A stretch of DNA of 64,000 nucleotides, taken from NCBI RefSeq assembly GCF_009834535.1, contig NC_045696.1, positions 65,846,001 through 65,910,000 of the forward strand, written 5' to 3'. This DNA comes from Camelus ferus. Its lineage: Eukaryota. The position numbers were made by a program, and so were the translations under genes. The notes beneath the pieces are model-generated. The model saw nothing but the letters and a program-made list of their open reading frames with translations, was not told where the DNA came from and ran no database searches. Shown in pieces: positions 24,495-38,460 of the stretch (the first letter of the stretch is position 1; every line of letters begins with the position of its first letter).

Positions 24495-24705
24495 TAGTAG
24501 ATAAATCATATGCTTTAGAGTCAGGTACCTACGCTTGAATCCCACATCGCATAAAATAGTTGCATGTTTGGGTCAAGTGATTTTGCGCCTTTGAACTTTA
24601 GCTTGCTCTCTTAAAACAATGGAAGTGTATTATATATTTACAAGATTTGGGGGAAGATTAAATGAAATAATGAGCCTGGCACTAAGGAGATGCTCAAAAA
24701 TGTCA
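24495..24705 (+). mobile_element. MIR SINE
   Basis: gctttagagtcag…ttgaatccc…gggaagattaaatgaaataatg…cctggcac…gctcaaaaatgt. Confidence 0.75.
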
Positions 24706-27424
24706 GTGTTTGCCTTCCTCCAGCCACATTTTGCTCCAAGTACAGAGATCACACTAGCTTATAGATTTGTGAATGGACATTACTTATGAACCACCTTCTC
24801 CACTCTAAACACAAAGTGGGTCATTGGTGATTGATAAATAGGAGGAAGGGGAAAACAGTCATTTTCATTCATTATGAAATATTTCCAGAGCAGAAACTGT
24901 AGGTCAAGCCCCCTGGTATGCTCTGTGAGGGTTCTAGGGATTAATAAAACCAAGAGTTCGCTGAAAAGTGGATGAAATAGACCTAAAAAGCAATCAACCT
25001 TACAAGGCAGGACTTTGATAATCTACAGCTACAAGGGTTCAAGAAAAATGCTGTGGGAGCACAAAGGAGGGTGTGTAAAATTCTATCTGCAGGAAATCGA
25101 CCCTATCACCAAGAGAAGAGGCAAAGAATGAAAAGATAGTGACCCTTTTAGGAATAGATCTGTGTCGGAAAGGCTACCTTCCCCTGAGTGCTGACCCACA
25201 GATGCTTTGCATTTGAAAATCTTTCCATTCCCCATTTCCTGTACTAGTACTACGGACGAATTGCTTCCTTTGACTTTCACCCTACTCTGCATGGGCATCC
25301 AGGAACTATAAAATAAAATTTTGCCAAACGTCCAGTGGGGCAGATTAGCTATGGTTGTTAACAAGGAGCAACTGACACAGCATTCCTCAAAAATGCCTTG
25401 CACTTGGGTCTGGAGAACATGATTTGCCAAAAGGGAAATTTGTGGATGCTAAATTTAGAAGTGAATAGAAAACTTTTGGGCTTCAAAATCCCATTTGGCT
25501 CCTGAGCCAGACACAACTTCAGGGCTGTGCGGGGCTTTTTTTCTCCTCCTCCCCAACCCTTTTTTCAATTTTATTCCCATGGCAGTCTTAGAAGAAGGAG
25601 CAAGAATTCCTTTCAAGCAAGAATGTTTATTGCCTGCATGATGCAGGCTTCCATTTAGTTAGAAAAGCATGTTTTTCAATTAACTTTCCCTTGATAAACA
25701 ATGATTTAATTTAAAGCGATGGCCGTTTTGCAAATTGCAATAAAACACATTTTATGTAGGAGAAAACAGGAGAAAACCCTACTTTTCAAAAGAAGGGGTG
25801 ATTAGTTGCCAAAGTTTCTAGAAGCAGAGTCTAATTTTTGAGATCTTGCTTCTCGTGCCACAATATTTTTAGGAGTGTACCTGAAATGCAAAAGCCTGAA
25901 TAACTTCACTTGAAGTGTTGAAGTGAAAATGGCGTTCATCCAGTCTAATCCATTTGGTTTTCATTGGTTTGACTTTGGGTGAACAAATTCTTTTAGCTGA
26001 TAGCTATTTGATTTAAAACTGATACAAGACCTTGGCTTTATTTAGGGTGAATGCCTCATCATTTCATGTCAAATCTTGGCATTTGATTCTCTCTCTCTGT
26101 CTCTTTTTGTCTCTTACTCTCTCAGTCTCCCTCATCACCATATTTGATGCCTATGTTCATGGGGGTTATTAGAATATTTATTCCTTCTTTGTCATGCCAA
26201 GTCAAGTAATTAGGGTATAAATCTCTTGAATCCCACTCAGTTAACACCATATACAGATTTCTAAGCATATTCATATGTATGAAATACATAAAGAGGGAAA
26301 AATACAAGAATAAAGTGTTAACCTGAATATAAATTATTACATAAAAATTTTATAGTATGGGAAGTGTATTGGTTTTACAATAAATCATGATGACAACTAT
26401 GATGAAAAAATTACAGCAATAACAGTAATAGCAGTTAACTAAAGAACATACCTTTCCCTCCCCAAACATTCCTCTCTTCCCCACCACCAGCAGAAACTAT
26501 GAGAATAAGTCTTACCTAATAATTTAAGCTCTTAATCAGTGGCATTTAAAAATCTTTAGCTTGGTGTATTCACAGCTAAAGTAGAAATCCTCACGTAGTA
26601 TTTGGCCCAGGAAAAAGGCTTATTTCTTAATTCTGGCACAAATGTGCAATCTGAGGATGGGAGTAGGAGTGAGGGAAATGCAAAATGCTAATAATCTAAA
26701 TAACTTTATGAAATACCAACTACATTGTATTGCAGATGATCTCACACATTTGTTAGGCACTTAGGAAAATGTTTTGCACAAAACATGTTTATATGCTTTT
26801 CCTATACATGTCTTTGAGAGGTGATGTGCACTTATGTAAGTATATGTATGTTTGGAAGAGATCAAATGGTTTACCAACTGAACATGAAGAAAACCAAAAT
26901 TGTGTGCAGCTCATACTTCCAAAAAAGCGGACTTGGCATGTTCATGCCTGCTCTGAAATGCTCTCCAAGTCTTGCGGTATCTAAGCAACCTTACAACCCT
27001 GGACTATCCTGTGGGTCTTGGGATGCCAAAGGCACTGTTCACTGTCTTGGTGACACCCGTGGAGTGTGTTCTTTAATGAATAACTAAGATTTTCAAGAAA
27101 TAAGAATCGATCCAGAGGGAAACCAATTCTAATGGGTACCTAGTAGGCTTACTTACAAAGATAAAGTAGGACTCATAGAATGGAAGTTCAAAGTTGTGTG
27201 TGTGGTTTCTTTCCAACTAGTAAGTATCTGAAGACAGACGATCCAGATGGGGACTGGAGACCTCCGTGAGATGCCCTCAGTGAAAAGCACAACCCTCCGA
27301 TACTTCACATTCTGATCATGGGAAAGTCAAATATAGTGCAGTTATGATTGCTAATCTCCCTTATGTCAGTTAGCTATCCCAACCCCTCAGCAAGCTGTGA
27401 TATGCCTGTAAGCATTATGTGACT

Positions 27425-30400
27425 TTTTTAAGGTTTTTTAAAAAAATTATGTAAGTTTCAGGTATTCAGCATTATAATTCCATATCTGTATACACTACAA
27501 AGCGATCACCACCACAAGTCTAGTTACTATTCACCACCATACAATTGATCCCCTTCACCCACTTTTCCCACCCCCAAGCCCCTTCCCTTCTGGTGACCAT
27601 TAATCTCATCCCTGTATCTATGAATTTGTTTATATCTTATTTCTGTTTTTTGATTCCACATATAAGTGAAATCATAATGTGTTTGTCTTTGTCTGGTTTA
27701 TTTCGCTTAGCATAATACCTTCAAGGTCCATGCATGTTATTCCAAATGACAGGATTTCATTGTTTTTATGACTGAGTAGTAATGCATTGTGTATGTATAA
27801 CACATCTCCTCCATCCATTCATCCATCAATGGACACAGGCTGTTTCCACATCTTGGTTTTTTCCCCTATCTTTACATTGTAAATAATGCTGCAGTGTACA
27901 TAGGGGTGCATATATCTTGTCAAATTACTGTTTTCATGTTCTTTAGATAAATACCCAGAAGTGGAATAGTTGGGTCATAAGGTAGTTTCATTTTTCATTT
28001 TTTGAGGAACTTCTGGTCTGTTTTCCATAGTGGCTGTACCACTTATAGTCCAGCAGTGTTCAAGGGTTCCATTTTCTCCACATTCTCTCCAACTTTTGTT
28101 ATTTCTTGTCTTTTCATTAGTAGCTATTGTAACAGGTGTGAGGTGATATATCATTGTGGATTTGATTTGCATTCCCCTAATAATTAGAGATAATAAAAAT
28201 ATTTTCATGTGCCTGTTGTCCATCTTTATGTCATTTTTGAAAATGTTTATTCAGATTCTCTGCTCATTTTTTAAGCAGGTTGTTTGTTGTTGAGTTTTAT
28301 GAGTTCCTTATGTATTTTGGATACTAACTCTTTATTGAATATAGGATTTGCAAATATCTTCTCCCATTCAGTAGGTTGCCTTTTCATTTTGATGATGGTT
28401 TCCTTCGCTGTGCAGAAGCTTTTTAGTTTGATGTAGTCTCACTTGTTTATTTTTGTTTTTATTTTCTTTGCCTTTGGAGTCAGATCCCAAAACTTTGCTA
28501 AGACTGATGTTACTACCTATGTTTTCTTCTAGGAATTTTCTGGTTTTTGGTCTTATATTCAAGTCGTTAATCTATCTTGAGTTAATTTTCATGTAGTATA
28601 AAAAAGTAGCCCAGTTTTATTCTTTTGCAATGTGACTGTCCAGTTTTCCCAATACCACTTACTGAAGAAACTATCTTTTCTCCATTGTATGTTCTTTGCT
28701 CCCTTATCATAAATTAATTGTCCATATATGTGTGGGTTTGTTTCTGGGCTCTCAGTTCTGTTCCACTGATCTGTGTGTCTGTTTTTATGCCCATATCATA
28801 CTGTTTTGATTACTATAGCTTTGTAGTATAGTTTGAAATCAAATAGTGTGATACCTCTAGCTTTGTTCTTTCTCAAGATTCTTTTAGCTATTCGGGGTCT
28901 GTTGTGCTTCCATAAAAATTTAAAATTTTGGTTTTTTTTTTTGTTTTTTGTTTTGTGGAATCTAAAAAACAAAAACAAAAACAAACAAACAAACAAAAAC
29001 AAAGCATAAATAAAGGACAGAAATAGACTCACAGACAGAGAATACAGACTTGTGGTTACCAGGGGGGTGGAGGGTGGGAAGGGATAGACTGGGATTTCAA
29101 AATTGTAGAATAGACTACACTGTATAGCACAGGGAAATATACACAAAATGTTATGATAACTCACAGAGAAAAAAATGTGACAATGAGTGTGTATATGTCC
29201 ATGAATAACTGAAAAATTGTGCTGAACACTGGAATTTGACACAACATTGTAAAATGATTATAAACCAATAAAAAATGTTAAAAAAATTAAAATTATTCAT
29301 TCTAGTTTTGTGAAGTATGTCATTAGAAGATTGATAAGGTTTATATTGAATTTGTAGATTGCTTTGACCATTTTAATGATATTTACTATCCCAGTCCATG
29401 AACATGGAATAGCTTTCCATTAATCTGTGTCTTCTTCAATTTCTTCTATCAGTGTCTTATAGTTTTCAGTGTAGAGGTCTTTCATCTCCTTGGTTAAAAA
29501 GTATGCCTAGGTATTTTATACTTTTTGATACAATTAAAAATGGGATTGGTTTCATAATTTATTTTTCTGATAGTTGGTTATTAATCTATAGAAATGCCAC
29601 AGATTTCTGTACATATTGGTTTTGTATCCTACAACTTTGCTAAATTCATTTATTAGTTCTAACAGTTTTTTGATGGAATCTTTAGGGTTTTCTACATATA
29701 TTATCATGTCATCTGAAAAGAGTGACAGTTTTACCTCTTCCTTTCCAATCTGGATGCCTTTTATTTATTCTTCTTGACTAATTGCAGTGGCTAGCACTTC
29801 TGATACTATATTGACAAAAGTGGGCATCATTGTCTTGTTCCTGATCTTAAAGGAAAACTTTTCACCTTTTCACTATTGGGTATGTTAGCTGAGGGTTTGT
29901 CACATATGACCTTTATTATGTTGAGGTATATTCCCTCTATACCCAGTTTATTGAGGGTTTTATCATAATTGGATGTTGAATTTTGTCAAATGCTTTTTTT
30001 GTCTCTATTGAGATGATCATTTATTTTTATTCATTATTTTGTTAATATGATGTATCACATTGATTTGTAGATCTTGAACCATTCTGGCATCCCTGGAACA
30101 AATCCTATTTGATCATGTGTATGATTCTTTTAATGTATTGTTGAATTTAGTTTGCTAATTTTTTTTGAGGATTCTTTCATTTGTGTTTATCAATATGCAT
30201 ATTGGTCTGCAGGTATAACTTATTTATTTATTTTTGTGGTGTCCATGTCTGCTTTTGGTATCAGGTTAATACTGACTTCATGAAATGTTTTTGAAGACTT
30301 CCCTCTTCTTCAACTTTTGGGAAGATTCTGAGAAGGATAGTTATTAAATCTTCTTTGGACATTTTGTAGGATTCACTAGTGAAGCCATCTGGTTATGGGC

Positions 30401-31703
30401 TTTCATTTGTTGGGAGGTTTTTGATTACTGTTTCAATCTCCTTACTAGTAATCAGTCTATTCAGATATTCTACTTCTTTATAATTCAATCTTGGAATATT
30501 GAATGTTTCTAGGAATTTATTTATTTATTCTAGGTTGTCCACTTTGTTGGCATATAAGTGTTCATAGTAGTCTCATGATCCTTTGTATTTCTGTGGTATC
30601 AGTTGTAACTTCTTCTCTCTCATTTTTGATTTTATATGAGTCTTTTCTCATTTTTTCTTGGTTGATCTACATAAAGGTTTATTGATTTTGTTTATCTTTT
30701 CAAAGAACCAGCTCTTAATTTCATTGATCTTTTCTATTTGTGTTTTTAGTCTCTATTTCATTTTTTTCTCTCTTTATTAATTCCTTCCATCTACTAATTT
30801 TGTGCTTTGTTCTTCTTTTTCTAGTCTCTTTAGGTGTAAAGTTAGATTATTTATTAGACATTTTTTCTTGTTTCTTGAGATAAGCTTGTATTTCTGTGAT
30901 TTTTCCCTCTTAGAAATGCTTTTGCTACATCCCATACAATTTTTTTAAATGTTGTATTCTGTTTTCATCTGTCTCTAGATATTTTTGATCATCTTTTGAT
31001 TTTTTCAATGACCCTTTGGTTGTTTGGTAGCAAGTTATTTAGTTTCCATATTTTTGTGGATTTTCTTTTTTTTTTCTTGTGACTGATTTTCTAGTTTTAT
31101 ACCACTGTGGCTGGAGAAGAAGCTTAATATGATTTCAGTTTTTTTTTTTTCAATTTATTGAGACTTGTTTCATGACCTAACATGTGATTAATCTTGGAGA
31201 ATGTTCCATGTGTACTTGAGAAGTATCTGCTGCTTTTTAGATAGAATGTTCTGTAAATATCTGTTAAGTCTATTTGACCTAAAGTATCATTTAAATCCAA
31301 TGTTTTCTTATTGATGTGTTGACTGGATGATTTATCTATTGATGTAAATGGGGCATTAAAATCCTATACTATTATTGTATTGCTTTCAATTTCTCCCTTT
31401 AATTCTGTTAATATCACTTTATATATCTTGTTGCTCCTTTGTTGGGTGTATATACAATTATATATGCTATATCTTCTTGCTGAATATAACTCTATCATAA
31501 TGTAATGCCCCTCTTTGTCTTTTATTAGAGTCTTTGTTTGAAGTCTGTTTTGTCTTATATGAGTGTAGCTGCTCCAGCCCATTTCCATTTGTATATAATT
31601 ATCTTTTTCCATGCCCTCACTTTCAATCAATCCTGCCTGGCCACCAGAACCAGGCATTCTAGCGGTGCCCCGTATGTGGGCTGCATGCACCCTTCTGTCA
31701 TGG
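27425..31703 (-). mobile_element. L1 with near-complete degraded ORF2 and 3' UTR, no ORF1, and a short 5' UTR-like cap
   Basis: ORF-track peptides KDKEGHYIMI…LTELKGEIESNTIIV (endonuclease), [33 protein letters not shown] and [18 protein letters not shown] (ORF2 C-terminal half). 3' UTR and T-rich tail at ~27425-27700. Confidence 0.95.
28928..29280 (+). mobile_element. Younger L1 3' end nested in opposite orientation inside the long L1
   Basis: tgtggaatctaaaaaa…gactcacagacagagaatacagacttgtggttaccagg…AATAAA (29267-29272). 14-bp TSD with one mismatch: aaaaatttaaaatt (28914-28927) and aaaaaattaaaatt (29281-29294). Confidence 0.9.
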
Positions 31704-34329
31704 AAGAAACTTATAACAACCTATTGAGTTAAATCTTACCGCATTTTATAGAAGTGAAAAATAAAGTTAAATGACTGAAAAGATTACAGATTTGAACTCA
31801 AGTTTTTCTGTTAAATCAAAATTTTCCTACCCCCATGAGACAATTAGTAAATTTTGTTTGTGCATTTGCATGCAGCGGTATTTCTATTAATGAGAGAAAG
31901 TCAATCCATGGTCACATTTCTCTATTAACAAAACCAGATAAAGAAATAAGAAAAATGTAAGTTAAGAATAATGTTAGGAAAAAACCCTAACATTCTGTAT
32001 AACACTTTGTAGATTACAGTGAGCTTCTGTATGACTACTCCACCTTGGTGTGCTTTCACCATCTCTGTGTGACTGGTACCCTGTTTCACAAGAGAGGAAG
32101 TGAGGGAATAGAGACTCAGGGCAGTGAAGTAACTTGACCAGATCATGCAACTGCTAAATAGAAGAGCTTCTGTGACAACCCAGATCTCTTAACACTAGAT
32201 ATTGCCTCCTTTCCACTGTATCTCACCATGTGATTTCCTTCTTTGATATAACTTGACTGGCTTTCCATGTCTTCCCCTTAAGTTGGGAAACTGCAAAGAT
32301 TTTTCAAGATACTGAGTAAAATTTCAAAGAATATTTAAAATATTAGGTGTCTATGATACAATCACAGTGCATACTTGATGTATATTTATAATATATAATA
32401 ACTTACAGTTGAGCTGCTGCAGAGGTGTAAGTGAGAAACTGAGACAAAAGACATTTTCTTGAGGCTGCCTATGAAGCTTATCCTTGATAAAATGGTTAGT
32501 TACACATGATTTTAAGCACACAGCTCCCACTTTTAAATGTTTCTTTCCTTTGAAATCTTCCATCCTTTCTCTGTGAATCAAATGCTCAGTATCTTCATGG
32601 TATTTCTCCGGCCTTCTTTTAAGGTTTCCAGTGTTTAGAACTCTCCCTCCCCACCCCCATACACAGAGATTCTCAGAATAAAGAAGCACCCTAGAAATAA
32701 CAAGAGGTCCTATTTTAGAGTGGACTATCTTAGTGAAAGGGAGTCTTCTAGTCACTAGAGGTGTTTAAACAGAAGGGGGTAAAATTATTCTTTCTACCCC
32801 CACCAGTTTAAAACCTTTTTTGGAAAAGATCAGGCCATAGAAATAAAGCATATTGCCCCCACCTGGTGAAGATTTAGGGGGGCTACTGGGCTGACTGCAT
32901 CACGCATACAACTTCCCTGGACTCCATTTCCTGGAGGTTTTGGTGATCTTATACCTCTACCCCAGGCTTTTCAGCATATGCCTAAGTCCTGCCAAGTATA
33001 GGCTGATTTCTCTTCATTCTATCATTCTGAGGTTCTAGACAAAGCAGTAAATTGTTTTCTGTTCTTGAAAAGGGTCATGATGACCCATATATGAGTTCTG
33101 CAATCCTAGAGGGGGCTCCCTAGATTGGATGCTGCTGGTGTTTTATGTCTTTGGACGTATTTTATCTTCTTAAAATGAAGGCTCTACAAGATGAAGTTGA
33201 AGGGGAGCATAACTCTGACTTTGGGTTTATGAAGGTGTCCCTGCTCTGTTTAATTAAAACTGCCTTAAGGCCTTCTAATCCAATTTTTCTTTTGGATTCA
33301 CAATATATTACTAAAATCTGCTGACTGTTTATATTTCAGTAAAGAACTTCTTTTGCCCTAAGGAAATAACTTAAGCACCAAAGCATTTGAACAAGCAGAG
33401 GTTTTTTTTCTTTTAAATTTCAATTGAGAGTAATTGTTTCATATAGACAACTGCCTAATAATACAATGACAAATAAAATTTTACTTCAAGAAAATTAAAT
33501 TTATTGTCCTCAAACTCTGTAAAATAGAAGTCAGTAAGTAAATTGCTATTTTATTTTAGGGGGTAAAATTAAATTTTATATTTTACACAAATATTATCAG
33601 AAGCTTTGATCCTGATGTGAATGTGGAAACCAAGACAAAGTTACTGATAAGACTTGGTCCAGCTGACATGACTTAAAAGTGGGATGGTGATCACTTAAAT
33701 CAAAGTTTAATGGTTTGAAGATTCAGGCTTTTTTCACTGTACGATTCTACCTTACCTACTGTGATACTGTCAGAGTGCTTTTCTTCTACTCTTAGGCAGA
33801 AAACTAACCTCTCTTTCCCAATGTAATATATGAAATGTATTACAAATGCTTAGGAAACTAGAGGTATTAGCACAAGACGAGGCATAGTCAGTATGGAGCA
33901 GCCGTTCACTGTGCCCAGTCTCCAGCTATGTATTTATTCCGCATAAGGTCCCAGACGAAACCTGAAGCTGAGTCTTCGATTTAGTTGTGTTTTGCTTTCC
34001 TCACCAACTTCATGTGCAAATTTAGCTACTATTAAATCCAGGCTTTTAAAACAAAAGTGCAAAATGTATGTTTGAAAATAACCTAAATAAATTTGCCATG
34101 GTCAAACAGTACTTAAAATAAAATATAATCATGGGCAAAGCTAAGTGAAACTTAGACATAAAAATTGTATGTGTGTATGTATCTGTTGTTTTTTTTAAAA
34201 GTAGATGCAAACTAGGCATAATCTTTTTTGCTTATTGTGAATATCTCTCCAGATTCATCTGTTTTTAAATAATAAAGGAAAACAATATAAGATTGTTACA
34301 GTAAAATGTATAATACATAGTACAAAAAG

Positions 34330-34570
34330 TATGCAATATGATGTAATGAATAAAAGCATGGATTAAAGAGGCAGAAAGGCTGGCTCTGTCTCTCACCAGC
34401 TGTGTGAACTTGGATAAGTTACTTAACCTTCATGTGCTTATTTCCTCATAGATAAAAATGCAGATAATAATATCTTCTCCATAGGAATGTTGTAAGCATA
34501 AAATGCCTAAATGCACATAAAACTATTAGGAATGTATCTGACATATAAAAAGCATTTAATAGCTAGTGAC
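34330..34570 (+). mobile_element. MIR SINE
   Basis: ggctctgtctctcaccagctgtgtgaacttggataagttacttaacct…tttcctcatagataaaaatg. Confidence 0.85.
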
Positions 34571-36077
34571 TCTTGGGTATTATGACTATGCCTGTATGTT
34601 TGTAAGGGTGTACTTTAGAAGACTCCCCCAGAATCTCTAACAGTGTAGAGTTTCTTCTAAACAGTTATTGGACGACCTACTTGTTCCCATGGGCTGTCAG
34701 TCATGAGGGCCAGGGAAGGAATGTGTGTTTGTTTCCACGTATAGTTAGCCATTCTTCACAGTTTTCTTTTTCCTAAATCTATACTCTGGATTGAATAACC
34801 ACAAGGGGGAAATTATATTCTGGGTTTTAGCTTAGAAGATGGAATAATACGTTAGCTGGATATGGAATACAGACACACACCCATGCACACACACAAACAC
34901 AGGTCAGTTTAAAAATAATTTCTGCAGTCTAAACTAAGTTAAAATACGATTGTGGCATCACTGAGTAATGGACAGCAAGAGAACATTGTACATCTGTGTG
35001 AAAATACAAAGCCGGCTTTTAAGAAAGAGAGTGATCATTTTACTTCCCTCAGATTCATAGACTCACACTTTCACATAAGCCAGCCACATAGACTATTAGC
35101 ACAACACTCACGTAAGAGGTAATTCTGCTGTGAACTGATCACCAATGCAACACTTGCAGGGATAAGATACCTGATATTTCAGACAGATGAGCAAATAGCT
35201 ATGCTAATGTATCAGTAGACTCTGAGTTTCATTCCTATACGGTAAAATGATTAAAATTGGAACTGAACTGCCTGGGCCTCTTGATCTCAGTCCCCAGAAA
35301 AAAATGCCTCCCCTAATTTATCACGTAACATAACTCCCTCAGCCTATACAGATAGTCTGTAGAAGAATTATGCTTTTGATCCAGATGTTACATAACACAA
35401 AGAAGCCATTATTCACTCTGTCACATATACAAGAAATCTTTAGATGCATTTTGTTTGTGTTTGGTTCCAGGAAAAGTGTATCTCTGAAGATAAATGTCTT
35501 GCTCCTCTGATATCTAACAAGAAGAATATTTAAATTTTTTTTTCTCTTTTGCTCTCAATAATTAAAGATTGTTCATAAAAAGGCCATTATATGTGCTTTT
35601 TAATTTTGTAAAAAATGTTGTTACTTTCTTTTTCCTATATCATCATTCTGTTTCACAATGTATTATCTTATTTTTCATGATTTTTAATTGGGTAAATTTT
35701 TTGCATGTTGGTGGTACATACATTCTAAGGAAAGTCATAGATTTCAACAATTTGCTTTGATTTATTGCACTTCAGAGTCAAGCTGAAAAGAATCCATTTG
35801 AAATGGATAGTAATATAGTAATTGAAAATGTATAATATACCATTTGATTTAATTGGATGTGTTGAAGATAAATTATCTGCCAAAAAATTATCTTTAAAAC
35901 TTGTGGCTTTTTTATTAATTTGTTAATTGGATATATGATACCTGACTTTAAACCTTTGCCTTTCTATGATTGTATTTAAGAAGTTCAAACAATTATGAGT
36001 GCCTAGATGGATATGAATTCAGTAATAACTCCAGTGAAGAAAATATGGCTACCTGTTTGCTGACAGATTTTTATTTG

Positions 36078-36412
36078 TGTTGACCTAAAATAGACTGTCA
36101 GATATTTCTCCAAGAAAGATGGGATTATTCAGGATCAGCAGAGAATTGCAGTTCAGGGTCTGCAACCATGATGACCCACGTGCAAGTCCCCAACGAGGCA
36201 AGGGAAGGAGGATGCTTTTATATGGAGGTAAAGGATGTTGGGCGAGCTGTAGTAATCAAAGACTCTTTGGTTTTTCATTTGCTGAATCTTTGCCAGGAAA
36301 GAAGAGGAGTCTTTTTTCTTCCTTTTCGGCTCTGCCATTGTTGCACGGCATGAAAGCTCCTTCTGTCTCCCCATCCTATTTACCTGAGGTGACTTTTTAT
36401 TACTTTTTTACT
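36078..36412. mobile_element. Probable ERV1-class solo LTR
   Basis: Starts tgttgacct. ttattcaggatcagcagagaattgcagttcaggg resembles laurasiatherian ERV1 LTRs. Locally higher GC. Confidence 0.55.
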
Positions 36413-36549
36413 CTTATTATGCATTAAAGCTGGACACTGAAAGAATATTCTTTCTCCCTGCTTCCTCTTGTCAAATATAAAGTCCTCAAACTTTGAGCAC
36501 TACTAAATTAAAACATCACCTTCATAGGCTATGAGTGATGATGTCATTT

Positions 36550-36730
36550 ATGTACCACTGCATAACAATGGCACCCAAACTTAATGGATTAAATCAACAA
36601 ATAGTTACTGTCTCATAGTTTCTGTAAGTCAAGAATTTAGAAAGTTTCTTTTGGCTGGGGGTCACTCATGAGGTTGCCAGCAAGATGTCAGCCACTGTTG
36701 CAATTATCTGAAATCTTGATTAGGGCTACC
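36550..36730 (-). mobile_element. MLT1-type LTR fragment
   Basis: gcataacaa…cccaaacttaatgg…tctcatagtttctgtaagtcaagaattt…ctcatgaggttgc. Confidence 0.7.
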
Positions 36731-36739
36731 ATTAAGCCC

Positions 36740-37137
36740 TGACTCATGAGGCTATGGGAAGTAAGTCTGTTTATTGCTAGCTCTTGCCCAAAGGTGACTA
36801 AATTTCTAGAAACTCTTATCAAAGAAGGCAAAGGCTTAAATCTGCATAACAACCTTACCCTTGTTTACTGTGCTTTTCCTGGGAACCTCCCAAAACTAGC
36901 TTCCCCCTCCCCCCAACATATTCTTTTGTTTTTAACTGAAGATGTCGTTTAAGGTGGTGCCTTGGGTCATTTCATGGAGTTACTCAGTTTTCCCGGTTAT
37001 CTCCCATGTATACTTGAGGTATACATGTTGTTAAACTTCTTTTTGTTTTTCTCCAGTTAATCTGTCTTTTAGGATAGTGTGGAGTCTCAGCCAAGAACCT
37101 AGAAGAGTAGAGGGAAAACTATTTTTTCTTCCCCACA
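36740..37137 (+). mobile_element. ERV1 LTR (MER34/LTR39-like 3' part)
   Basis: Characteristic end gttaatctgtctttt…ctcagccaagaacctagaagagtagagggaaaactattttttcttccccaca. Confidence 0.8.
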
Positions 37138-38460
37138 AAACTCAGGTTTGTCTTACCATAAAGTGCTTGTCTTTCTACTACACCAAGTCTGACATAGCCC
37201 AGATGACCACTTCTTAGTGTAACCATTCTCACTTGAACACTGGTGTTTTACAAAAAAATCCTTTTTTTCCCCTTGGCCACTATCCTTTGCAAATTGATTT
37301 AAAGAGAGCTGAATAAAAGTGATACTAAAATAGGGCACCAGGTCTCCCTCCAATTTGCTTTTTTTTTTTCATCTCTTAGGAGTCTCATTTGTCCATTTAC
37401 TACTCTTTGGCCACACAGTGTTCCAGGCTTAATAAAGTTTGTTAGATATTGAATGAACTAATTCATTAATCTAGCTACTTTCCCGCCCTACCAGCCTATA
37501 AACATATCATCATACTGAGAAGGATTAAATACAAAACAAAACCTCCAAATAGGGGGGAAAAAAGAGGAATGTCTGAACAGGGAAGGGACTGCACAAAAAA
37601 TGTTTCCTGTGAATTTACATCCTTAAGAGGATTACCTCTGGAGGAGTATTGGTGCCTTTTTTTCCAGACTAAGCAGTTGTGGGGCAGTTTGGGCTCACCT
37701 TTTAGCCTCTGGTTTCATTAAGAGCTCAGCACCCTGAGCGGAGAACTGACGGGGCTGTTTGGCACCTGAATGAGGAGAGCTTTATTATCCTGTGGAAAGG
37801 CAGAATCCATGTACAGCCTTGACCGTGCAGCTTTGGTAACTGAGTGCCCTCAGGAACTTTCTAGTTGTGGCTACTCTTTACAATCAACTTTATTAAGATA
37901 AAATTTGCATGAAATACACCAGTACCATTTTAAGCCATGAGTTTTGGCAAATATAAACATCTTTGGTGTAAATGCTATCACAATCAAGATATGTTATATT
38001 TCCAACATCCTAAACAGTTTCTTCATGCTGCTTTGCAGACAATCCATCCCCCATTTCAAGCCAAAAACAATCACTGATCTGCTTTTGATAACAATAGATT
38101 AGTTTTGCCTTTCCTAGAATTACATGTAAATGGAATCGTCCACTACATACTCTTTGTGTCTGGCTATTACTTTGTGTTGGGGCTATTATGAATAAAGCTG
38201 TTATGCGCATTTGTGTATAGGTCTTTGAAGGGACATATGTTTTCATTTTTCTTGGGCAAAAATATAAGAATGGATCATATAGAAGGTGTATTTCCAGCTT
38301 TATAAGTAATTGCCAAGCTGTTTCCCAAAGTAACTGTATAATTTTACATTTGAACTAGAAATGTGTGAGAGTACACTTGCAGATGTTGAGATAATCATAT
38401 GGTTTTCCCCCTTTATTCTGTCAATATTACCAATTCTGATAAATAACTGATTTATTTTTG

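Noticed and set aside
32853..32870. CTCF motif (gcccccacctggtga)
   Set aside because: Only a partial match, with mismatches at informative positions; cannot be supported without scoring.
33882..33931. Possible hairpin gcatagt/gctatgt with tggag/ctcca
   Set aside because: Short stems that rely on G-U pairs, with a large loop; within chance expectation.
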